Source of the DNA: a virus
Length of the DNA: 64,000 nucleotides
Strand: one strand, 5' to 3'
Virus record (IMG/VR): IMGVR_UViG_3300020413_000006
Span: 1 to 64,000 of that record
Shown: positions 26,601 to 34,600 of the stretch, one piece after another
How the letters are laid out: every line of letters starts with the position of its first letter
How positions within the stretch are numbered: the first letter of the stretch is position 1
Notes under the pieces: model-generated
What the model saw: only the letters and a program-made list of their open reading frames with translations
Databases searched by the model: none
What the model was told of the DNA's origin: nothing
Translations under genes and position numbers: made by a program

Positions 26601-28067
26601 AAGTTCTGGTCTTAATGATTCAGCATCAACAACGTCAAATCTATCTGATACACTAGCATTGTTGAGGTCAGTAATTATATTTGCAGCAACATTATCATAG
26701 AATACTTTTTCAGCGTCTTGGAATACATCATTAACACCTGAGGTAATCAATACCGTGATATCACCAGTAGAATATGGTGATGCAATAGGACCTGTGAAGT
26801 TGACAGTCTGGATTGTACCAAGTGTACCAGATGATCCACCTTGTACGAAATCTCCAACTTCTAGAGTTGCATTACTACCTGTGTGGTTGTTAAATGTAAT
26901 CTTGAATATGTTATCACCACGGAACTTATCTCCAGCAACTGCAGGAATCTGTCTTAATTCTGGTTCATAGTATAATCTTTGCTTATCATCAAATACAAAG
27001 GCATACTTCCATGTATGGATTACTGTACTTTGTGGGTCTGATGAGTTTTGTAGTGCGTCTCTGAATACAACACCAAAGATATATGTTTCATTAGACGCCT
27101 TGATCATGTGACGATCCTGATTTGCAGGACGCATGATAACACGACGTAGGTTGTCACCAATTAGTGAACAGTTCCTAGGAAGTGAAATTGGGTTATCTTC
27201 TAGATACTCACCACCAGATACGATGATAGAAACGTATTCGTCAGTTGCTGTGGGCACAGCTTTCTGTAAACCGTAAGCAATCTGTGCTGCTTTCTTAACT
27301 GTTTTTACTGGTCTTGCAGCTGAACGACCATCGTTTAAATCACTACCAATAGTTTGTGATACATATACACGACCACCAGTGTCATTAGTAGCAACTTTAT
27401 ATACAAAGTCAGTGGTAGCAACCCTTCTAGACTGATCACTTAGAGGAGGTGTATCAGCAGTTGGGAAGAATGTAGTTCCAAAAGTAGGACTTGTTACATC
27501 TGTATCTTCAAAGTTAACTAAGTTTGGAGCACGAAGATTCAACGCAGGGTTGATAATAGTACTGATATCAAGGTTTGTAACCTGTGCAGTATCAGAAATG
27601 ATAGAACGAGTCGTTCTAATCTGACCTTCTACATCAAGTTCATACTGAGGATCTTGAGTATTAACACCAACACGAATGTTTTCCTGTGCGTTTTTGTTTA
27701 TGAATATTGCGTCTTTCTCTAATGCACCTTGACCCACTGACATTTCAATGGATGTGTCTCCTTGTATACTTAAGGATCTTACTCTTTTATATGATACGCC
27801 AGCACCCGCTGTGATGATGCTTGCATTTGAACCTGTAAAACTTAAATTATCGTCATCTACTTTCGTTACTGTATACTGTCCGTCTACTTCTCCACCAGAT
27901 GTGAAGTCAAGATATAAAGTTTCTTGTCCTATAAATCCGTGAGCAACCGAAACAATATTTCCCACACCAGCCGCACTTCGACTGTATGTGGCATTCGTCC
28001 AATTTCCTGTCGCTTTTGAACCAGAGGCTTCAATCCTTTGCTGGTCTACATTAAACTTTAAACTCAT
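17688..28067 (-). CDS. Giant tail-fibre-like structural protein (3459 aa): split pectate-lyase-like beta-helix, beta-barrel repeats, three phycobiliprotein/globin-like helical domains, fibre repeats
   Basis: RVYVSQTIGSDLNDGRS...VKTVKKAA beta-helix cap; LDADKLDG/LNADLLDG fibre repeats; WEKIWSSGNDG; C-terminal GPITINSGVTVTINSGGYWSIV adaptor motif. Confidence 0.85.
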   Translation of the reverse strand: MSLKFNVDQQRIEASGSKATGNWTNATYSRSAAGVGNIVSVAHGFIGQETLYLDFTSGGEVDGQYTVTKVDDDNLSFTGSNASIITAGAGVSYKRVRSLSIQGDTSIEMSVGQGALEKDAIFINKNAQENIRVGVNTQDPQYELDVEGQIRTTRSIISDTAQVTNLDISTIINPALNLRAPNLVNFEDTDVTSPTFGTTFFPTADTPPLSDQSRRVATTDFVYKVATNDTGGRVYVSQTIGSDLNDGRSAARPVKTVKKAAQIAYGLQKAVPTATDEYVSIIVSGGEYLEDNPISLPRNCSLIGDNLRRVIMRPANQDRHMIKASNETYIFGVVFRDALQNSSDPQSTVIHTWKYAFVFDDKQRLYYEPELRQIPAVAGDKFRGDNIFKITFNNHTGSNATLEVGDFVQGGSSGTLGTIQTVNFTGPIASPYSTGDITVLITSGVNDVFQDAEKVFYDNVAANIITDLNNASVSDRFDVVDAESLRPELEVISNQIYQHTIDSEREFVSFRGSSNYIDTANDTITLTAHRYRTGAAVAYHKDENATALPGLIDGTVYYIRSVDANSVALYDTYANAINVSVTQGRKDITGVSSDDRFHTFDSGNVMPEVNNIYINKHQFITGDGIIYRASKMGGIGGLVDGTAYFVYKENDDYIRLAASAADATQKDASGADNPVTVTLTTPGNGFQRFDIQEKVLSITTIDTSLNTVATYNGPVFTLQSSSTSSDFHDYEVGQEIQVYGFQNSAIDFGTGTNSSFTISGGLITVTVSSVDNTKTSTLFSNWATLTEAGITFNFPAGYERFSKTYSIDGFSTGSGTPTLASNTDLGIGIARYNSSNLTITFVLKQANIDTASDVTTASGSNVSILDNLTDLNGRKYVTHRIERADGYSLQFVVRGNISQIGASINPTGDQTVISSCNYVLSSLRNSPYGFNKISQSDRFKDGAEAIKINQEFIAQEAVGYVKYYYESSATRSSALTIGGTNFQQAADTIARSITSWSVSGDDLTVVCQRGHNLYPNFSQHTPTLAAYTPATGVFVVTVSNHGFSVGDLVKFDAGAFVFQCAEDSGASDHPYPRGGDPAFDKWLKITAKDTNTFTVNVGVSSNTTTHTFVSAGTNSVKKALTTVTIASSGNSTVNGVHGIKDIVDDRKFILDLANNTANGQSGTVGTFTDLQKPFRTPNSIPTDNKYADAAELLFGNADMIADWSVNKMLANNSGYSIPTGSTACYDDVRDFIQKCVAHNLKWGGNDRVYDQAKFYIDPGFSLTRDRYVEVFNNAKDACIKAARNLPLYRNPYSTKLQYYHTLTLDTASQSVSGYAATLILANLDLIAFESVQQYNVDNPSHNVPGGNQNCIDDVSDFLRAVVWNLNHGGNEQVYDHAQLYTNSTFLDGEETESRAVFQLAKGLAKQAAASETITIEGNHGFTQVTNAGLKGTSVEQNLVEGFFTILDTAIANDNMSHATRTVTSAPSCASVISSITTFFDTVTTALGSGSTAGSVSSVTRTSAPGDQQCIDDVMKICRAFQYDLRYGGNSAIVEASNLYISGSAIAFLNNEVQYSRAMFAAAKELSIDAIRNNLEAGQFSQIVPVSNGSITVDSSKPECANVVSALTTNWGILDNVLSSATAYSGTVTTPDPLLQEQSNNSYNFPLGNVFLDLPVIEASPYIQNSSLISFLGGSGCEIDGAKVATPNVPRPGLKQNSQGNTVAQFDPQGKSMVANAFTIICFGGTAYNVSNDGYTQLVSVFAIFCQDGILVQSGGYASVTNSASNFGTYSLRATGFRSEPYSFDIGVIDSIVDDTDGNGTPTGRQVIQVSGTTLTNIPIEDYIIKIDGHTPTDPAVEHIILETELISGSAGTQIVAKIKTNRSMDYKNTSTNVRYQSSNDAGFVAGSQPLTTLVGLAIKFHRPSVCNSSSHTWEYSGSGNTYAALPQNGGVGLGSAYEAAEELFGQVYTSGTNEFGDFKVGNFVTIFNRTGAISFVGTVAISELTSIKIVGGDITITGFSQDDNLGGTFASDSLLPTQASVKDYISNNLGPYLNQPFSTNAVPSALVQLTSNGKINLDQIPALRPFNITSVASQAERLAIEDANAGDIAIQTTATTFNVASSSVNTGADTITITGHGTSTGDQLTYTEGSSAIGGLSTNNVYYVIKVDDNTIKLAATSSNASANSEITLTNQGSGTHQFVTAGIAISYILENDLESQFLAFTPNSAYQFTSGDIITGSSTTARGTVSSYNDGAVFNYVISNGGSGYSGNFNLTIAAPDDTSNGVQAAATCNVTSGVVTSVTITNLGKGYYSQPTVQVLTSPSGVANNAVVSAQIEGRVAIAIANNIKFDAGDFIVDQALANLATGTYSQSGTTTITFTESNHGLANGALQFFDFTTGDGPDGFYTITLLNSSQFSITSPNSATTSGNYARKRIVDLSRVVNTSAQNAGNWTQLTSTNIDASNIVAGTIDPERMAGKGTANSFTFLRGDSSWEYALQSIRPTTADAILIGGSVTDSSYIDSITITNAGTGYTDGTYQNLPMEGGNVSVTSQDVARATYVVSGGAITSAQVTDSGTGYTGTFSVTIPSELGSGSSAVLSAVKGSINRAFGNIEIDIRKGNALTASASVYGNYGVFRFRKDVANQAVANQDQGGFVIDDNGQVSIDQGPGSELNADRLDGNQGIYYQTANNIIFGTLDPARLANVTYNISISGTADTANRIFNETASLTSNPSPAQAANGVAAALRNNSATALNDGGTTHGIVTYRRQSTGTASTQLGFTDNNNLYIRGNGGINAVYSNWEKIWSSGNDGAGTGLDADKLDGSQGLWYQTGYNIGDTRGGVTSPIGDMFLPEVLGQDKMVFENFYVNDTGLKYTLYIPNFHCNSGVGGNINNGGTYTIYSDIGATNNIGSIVVDSSGGVQELTHTTGEIYSLVTGTIAFVGSNNNPNIYVFGPNPGTKWTVSSSNKISSGSSTIIGLRDNANGAKLQIGKAAVSTTPTIDFRSSGQAPNYDVQMIVSGGNGSDGNGALRFNANDLTVNGNTMWHAGNDGASSQLDAHYVDGYTQSTSATANTLARRDASGHLTVNDLTADQGTFNNTGASSLQLAGSNGVNIGKAATNVLKISGRGNSNVGSIRFGNDSNDFGWNGTYLSYNNITFRGGRLGIGETNPAARIHVDEGGNTGDGDGSASMTATGGESMLIQVDTAFTVGHTLGSLVWRTGSRRRAMITGVCENTDSDYLGLSFYTQGTDGSGDFFESMRISRSGNVGVGNFGSGTPSYKLDVKGDIRSTNTIRSTVAQGSAPISVSSTTVCPNLNADLLDGYTALALPYLGASVNTWLNDDGGQERFYFANNSHTYLRTGDNFYFRSNNNTGMGSIDGDGGYWTIYGGGDQTQSSYRMEVRGANGLNINTSSVGLSSGQRSVVLRADGDKQWIDRYGVMKRNRNSIGESTSVNSGDNCLSSGPITINSGVTVTINSGGYWSIV
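17738..17745 (-). promoter_or_regulatory. Consensus T4 late promoter (TATAAATA) inside the 3' end of the 3459-aa gene
   Basis: Exact TATAAATA ~58 nt upstream of ATG 17680. Confidence 0.5.
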
Positions 28068-28083
28068 TTTGTTCCTATAGGAG

Positions 28084-28617
28084 TTATGATACGACTGTTA
28101 TATCTAGATTACCAACCCATTTCACTGTAGAGCTGGATGTCACACTTGATACTTGGAATGTAAAATAAGGTGCTGAACCGATTTGAATCGCTGCTGGCAC
28201 TACGTTCCATGTTTCTTGACCTGGCGGATTGTTTCTTATGACTGTTTCATCAGTAACAGCTACAGTTGGAACTCCGCTAGAGTTTGTTGTAATGATAAGA
28301 TCAAATTTTGCTGCGTACACATAAGTGTTTGTGGTAGTCTCTTGTCCAAATACAGTTGCTTTTGCAAAAGAAACAGAATCATTTGCTAGTGGAGGAGTAT
28401 TTGTTGTTATGGGTGTATTACCATCCAAAGATAATTGCATCGTATTATTAGATGCATCTGTCTGTCTCTTAAGAATAAAGATGTCTTTGTTTGCATCAGT
28501 GAAGTGAGCACTGACCATATGCATCGCAGAAATATTTTTCAGAGCTCTAGAAGTATTTAATACTTCAGTTGCAGCAACTGAGTATCCCCCTATTGATGAA
28601 AAATTCTTAATTGACAT
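28084..28617 (-). CDS. 177-aa putative virion structural protein
   Basis: Beta-rich ORF between two fibre genes, preceded by TATAAATA; KNFSSIGGYSV N-terminus. Confidence 0.75.
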   Translation of the reverse strand: MSIKNFSSIGGYSVAATEVLNTSRALKNISAMHMVSAHFTDANKDIFILKRQTDASNNTMQLSLDGNTPITTNTPPLANDSVSFAKATVFGQETTTNTYVYAAKFDLIITTNSSGVPTVAVTDETVIRNNPPGQETWNVVPAAIQIGSAPYFTFQVSSVTSSSTVKWVGNLDITVVS

Positions 28618-28638
28618 GGTTTACGATTACCTATGGTT

Positions 28639-28646
28639 TATTTATA
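28639..28646 (-). promoter_or_regulatory. Consensus T4 late promoter (TATAAATA)
   Basis: Exact match overlapping the stop of the 2426-aa gene, ~22 nt upstream of ATG 28617. Confidence 0.75.
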
Positions 28647-31600
28647 CCTTAACTTTTGTAGTTGTGAATCTACCAGTAAAGGATGTTGATGAACTAGCAG
28701 CACTAGATTTTGCTAGTGAGATGTTAACGTTGCTACCAGCAACAGCAATAGTTGCATCTACAAGGTCATTATCTGATGTTACTGAGTTTGTAACTGTGGC
28801 GTGTGCAGTGGTTCCTGCTGCAGCACATATAGTTGTGACTTCTAACATGTGAACTTTACCATCGTTACTTTCAATGGTAATTAATGTCTTAGCACCCTTA
28901 TATGATGTCTTATCAAATTGTGTTATCGCTGCGTTAGCAGTAAAAGATGTTAATTGTCCACCTTCTACTCTACAGTCATCTAGTTCGACAAAATCACCTG
29001 TAGAATCAAAGACAGTTAGATATGATGTTGTTCCACCATTCCAACCTCTGTTAATTTTCCATGCACACTCAGATCCATTTGCATCTAAAGATATGAATGC
29101 TTTAGAATCTAGTCTTGTAACAAAGTCTTGTTGAATTACATCAGTACGAGCAAATGGTGATTTAGTATTTGATAGAGTTGTAACTGGGAATGTTACATCA
29201 TTTGCGGGAGTAGCACCACCAAGTAGATCACCAGTTATTGTTATAACTTCTTGAGCTTCATAGAAATCACCACCAGTTGCAATGTTTATCTGATCTATAT
29301 TTCCACTACCATTAGTTGTAACATTGAATGTTGCTCCTGTACCTTCAAACTGAGCTACTGATACCACACCACTATATGATTGAGATACACCATAAGCACC
29401 AGTGCTTGCTGTCTCAGTTCCAATAGCGGATATTGTACCTTGTGTAGGAACTCCTCTAAATCTTAATCCATTAGAAATTTCAAAATCTTTCTTTGATCTA
29501 AAGGATGCTATATTAGCACCAGAAAATGTAACTGAGAATGGGTCACCAGCTGAAGTTCCGTTAAAGATTGCTGTGCCAGGTACGTCAAATTGTTTTGCGT
29601 TCTTAAGAACAAATTTATCTTTATCAAGTGATAAACAATTAACACCAGCTGCATAGAACTCAAATGTGTCTTCATCAGAACTAGGTGATACCTCAGTTAA
29701 GATGTAAGTATCTTGGTCAACGTCACGAACACCACCAAGAGAAACAAAGTCGTTTCCATTGAAACCTTCAAACTGTAACTGTGTAGAGTTAAATCTAATT
29801 GCACCAGCTAATCTATCTGAAGTGCCAGGTCTTTGGTTTGTTGTACCAGATGGAATTACAAATGCACCTGTACTGTTTACCCAAACACTCTTACCACCAC
29901 CAGGTTTCAATACAAGACCTTGACCTTGTGTATCACTTACAGTAACTGTGTTTCCAGTTCCAGAACCTATGGTTGTAGGATTTAAAGTTATATTATCACC
30001 AATGTAATAGTTGTAACCTCTTGTTGCTGCTGTTGGAGTTACCGATGTAATTGCACCTCCAGAAACGACAACTGTAAATGTTGCTCCAGTTCCAAGTCCA
30101 GATGTTCCAGTAGCTGTAACCGCATTGTAACTACCATCAGTATATCCAGATCCAGTTCCAGTAACAGTACATGCTACAAGTTCACCGAATGATGCAGTTC
30201 CACCAATATCAGCGTTATTGATTGTAGATCTCTTTATCTCTAATGCAGTATCAACTTTCAAATTACCTTTGATATCGGTATCACCAGTAATAGAGTCTAT
30301 AGTAAACTGTGCTGTAGTACCGTCATTAACTTCAAATTGTACGTCTGTACCACCTTTAAGAATAAGATTTCCAGTTCCTTTTGGAGTAATGGTAACAGGA
30401 ATATTTGCATCTATACCAGCAGCAGTTATCTCAGCAGCATTATTAATTTGTAATCCAGATTGTACTGTACCAATGGTTGTTGTCTCAGCAGTAGGATCAA
30501 CTTTAAAGTATGGATTTGCTGCACCAAGCACAGAATCGACTATTAAATTATTTGCAGTCTCAAGTACAGTGTCACTCATCTTGATTTTCTGCACTCCTGC
30601 ACCAGAGTAACTTAACTCATTAGCAGCAGATCTATAGAAACCACTTCCAGTATCCGCAGCTAGTTGAATAGCTGGGGCAGCAGCAGTTCCTGCTTGTATT
30701 TTTAATTTAGCATTATCAACAAAGTTATCTGTGCCATTAGCAACTAGGTTTCCTGTAAGTGTTGATATCCCATTAACACCAAGAGTTGTTCCTATACTTA
30801 CTGCTGCTTGAGCTGTGATGTCTCCTCTGGTTGCTATAGTACCAGTGGTTATTGCGTCATTAGATACTGTACTGGTATTTCCAGTAGAACCCATTGTTAA
30901 TATACCAGAAGCTGATATATTATACTCTGCAGATTTAAGAGCACCAGATGAAGCAATTGTTGTAACTTCACTAGTATCAATAGTTGCAGCTGTCAGTGCA
31001 AAGTTAGATCCATTATCACCCAAACCAGCAAAGTTTGTGGTGTCAAATACAACTGTTTGACCTGTAAAGAATGCGTTACCACCATCTGATAATACAACAG
31101 AACTTGCATATCCAACTTTAGTAACAGTGAATTGGAATCCTGATCCACCACCAGCTCCAACATCAGCATCATCACAACTAAGAACATTTCCTATGTTGTA
31201 ACCAGAACCTGATGATACGATATCAGTTAATGAACTAATGCTTGTATCATTAGAGTTAATAGTATATGTGAAGTTATTTGTGTTACCAATTAAAGATGGG
31301 CTAGCAACTCTAACAACGTCTCCTGCTTTCCAACCAGTTCCTTGTCCACCTGTTGAGAATGCAACAGCAGTAACTGCACCACTAGCACCAACAGTAACAT
31401 CTATCTGACCACCATCACCATAAACTCCTGCAGTTCCAGTTGTAATTGCGATGAAAGAACTCTCAGACATAGATTGTCCATGTTGAGTACAAGTATAGAA
31501 AACTGTATTTGTGCTTGGAGTTGCGTTTTGTTTGATTACAAAATCAACAAAAGATCCAGCAGTACCAGGTGAACCATAAGTTCTAACACCAAAGTTTACG

Positions 31601-34600
31601 GTATCTGCTAATGATGTTCCATCTAATGATAATGGATGGTTAGTATTAGTGGTGTCAGACATATCAAAACGATATGTGTTACCTCTAACCATGGTTAAAT
31701 TAGGTGCTTCAACTGCACCAGATCCTGTGTCTATAAAATATCTGTATGTCTCAATAGGTGCTGTATCTAAAACTCCACTACCGCCTGATGTAAAGGTTAC
31801 AGTCTCACCTTGTTGGAAAGGTCCGTTAGCAATTGTTGCTAGATCATAGTAAGCAAAGTTACTGCCAGAATCAACATATGAGACAGTTGCAGTAGCACCA
31901 GAGGTTCCACCAGTTGCTGTATTACCTACGTTTACAGTTCCTGTAAATCCACCCCCCGCTACGAACTCAAATAATCCACGGTTCGCAACAGTTACTGTGT
32001 AAGTTGCAGCAGGAGCATTTGCATATATGTCAATTTGTTGATATGAAGATTCAGTACCACCAGTACCAGCATTGCTGATAGTTCCTGTTAGTCCAGCTAC
32101 AGTTAGGGTTGCAGTAGCACCAGTTCCATCTCCACCAGTTAGACTTACGTTTTGATAAGTTCCTACAGCATATCCAGAACCACCAGATAAAATATTACCA
32201 CCAAAAGGTAATACAGTAATACTTGCTTGTGCTCCAGATCCAGAACCACCATTGATTAGAACTGTTGGTGCTGATGTATATCCGTCACCTCCAGAAGTTA
32301 AAGTTAATCCTGATACTTGACCTAATTCTGTGTCTAAAATAGCAGATGCAATAGCAGTAGTTTGACTAGTTCCTACGAATGATACTAATGGAATCTCTGA
32401 GTATCCATAACCACCACCATTCAAAGTAAGACTAGCGACTTGGTAAGTCATGTTTGCAACTGACAATGTTGCTCCAGAACCAGTTGGATCGTTAGTATTT
32501 GCAGTGACAGTTAAAGTTGGTGTAGTAGTGTAGACTGCGTTTCCAGTTGTGGATACAGTTGCAACTTGAGATCCAAGATTAACAGTAAGAGATGCGTCTG
32601 TAATTCCTGCACCTGTTTCACTGATAGTAAGAGATGGTGCAGCACCAGTTACATATCCAGATCCCGCATTATTAATCGTGATTGCTGAAATTGCTCCTGC
32701 AGAAACCGTTGCAGTAGCAGTAGCAGTTATACCTTGAAAGTTGTGTAATTCATTTGGAGTTGCAGCAGCAGTCAATGATATTGGAGATCCACCAGAAGTT
32801 GCTGACAACTGGATAGTGTTGTTGACTGTATCTGCATTTACAACATAATAAGAAGTTCCATTACTCAATCCATTTAAGTCTGAGTTACCATTATTATCAT
32901 AAGTTACTTGATCACCATTATTAACCCAACTTGATGTAAATGTGATTGTATTTCCAGATGTAGATATAGCAGAGTTCGCATCAAATGCATTTGTTGGAGG
33001 AGCAGATAATGTTAGGTTAGGTGAAGTATATCCTGAACCACCACTTGTAATTGCAATCTGAGCAACTCGTGCAGCTGTGCTAAGACTAACTAAAAAACTT
33101 ATACTACCACTTACAGGAGTTAAGTTTGCTGATATATCAGGAGTTTGCTGGTATAGTCCATTACCTCCACTGCTAACAGTGATGTCTCCAATAGAACCAT
33201 TGGTTGCTAGGGTTGCAGTTGCTGTGGCAACTTGATCTGGGTTTGATAGTAAAGGTGCTTGATATTGTCCTGCATCGTATCCTGTACCTTCATTAGAAAT
33301 GGTAAGTCCAGTTGTAAGGTTTAATGCCTTTTTGTTGATAGCAAAATTTTTGTTGGAGAAAATACCATAAGAGGAGAAACCCGCTTGTGTGTAAGAACCA
33401 ACAGTAAACGCACAAGAAGAGTTACCAGTACCGATGATAGATGCTAATCTATTAGAAGCAAAGTAAATATTTTCTGGAGCAATAACCTGACCATTCAAAG
33501 TTATGTCTTCATCTCCAGCAGGGTCGAGGATTATCTTACCTGATGTGGATGTAACACTGTTACCCGCTAGTCGTAAGTTACCTGTTTCAACGTATGCAGG
33601 ATATATGTTTGTAGTACCAGTTGAGTCACTTAAAGTAATATTGGCAGCTGACTGAGCTGAAGATGTTGCAGCAAACTGTACGTTACCAGTAGAGGCATCA
33701 ACTGTAAGTGCATCACCAACTCTAAAGTCACCTTCGTGGTCTGTAGATGAATATAATACTTTACCACTATTAAGTTCTTCTACTTCATTTGCTTGAATAG
33801 CAAGTGAGGGGTCATTGGTATAGTCAGCACCAGAACCAACATAACCAAAGTTATGTCCAGAAAGAATAAGTTTTACACCAGCACCGTCTGCCTGTACACC
33901 TTTAGTACCGTATACACATGCAGATGCAGCTGAACGTAATTCAGCACCAAACTGAGCATAGTCAGCAGTTGTTACGACAGTAGCAGAATCACCACCGCTT
34001 GATCTGATATCTGAAGTTCCACCAGAACTGTCAGTGAATGTTGTAGTTGCATCATTACCACCACCATGTAGTAATAATACAGTAAAGAGGTCTGATGAGA
34101 ACTCTCCAGTTGTAGGTGTAAAGTTACCAGAGTATGAACCTTGTGCTTTCTTAATTCTTATTTCATCAATATTTCCTGCAAATGCTTCTGTAGGAGATGA
34201 TGTGTCATAGTTAGAACCGACGACTACAGGTTTTGATGAACCATAGTCATTAGTGTCAGTGTAACTAGAACCTAATTCTGTTCCATCTAAGAATAGTCTT
34301 GTTGTTCCAGCACTTCTAGAAACAGCAACATGATACCAAGTATTGATTGCAAGAGTTCCACCAGAAATTTGAGATGAGTTACCTACTGCATAATGTAATG
34401 TAGTTCCATTCATATACACAGTGGGTGCTGTGTCCGTCGCAGAGGCGTTTCTTAGGTCAAAGATACGTTGTATACCAGAAACACTAGTAGGGCGTATAAA
34501 CGCTTCTAGAGTCCAGTTAGCAGTACCAAATCCAAAGTCACCATCAGCAGGAACTTGTAAGTTATCCTGAGTACCGTCAAATAGTATTGATCCACCACTG

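Noticed and set aside
28073-28082. Palindrome TCCTATAGGA covering the Shine-Dalgarno of the 3459-aa gene
   Set aside because: Only a 3-bp stem is possible with a viable loop; too weak to call regulatory.
29900-33300. GSGY-type protein repeats as a CRISPR array, tandem DNA repeat or DGR template/variable repeat
   Set aside because: Repeats are degenerate at DNA level, in frame and lack spacers; no near-identical pair differing only at adenines was noticed and no reverse transcriptase is in the window.
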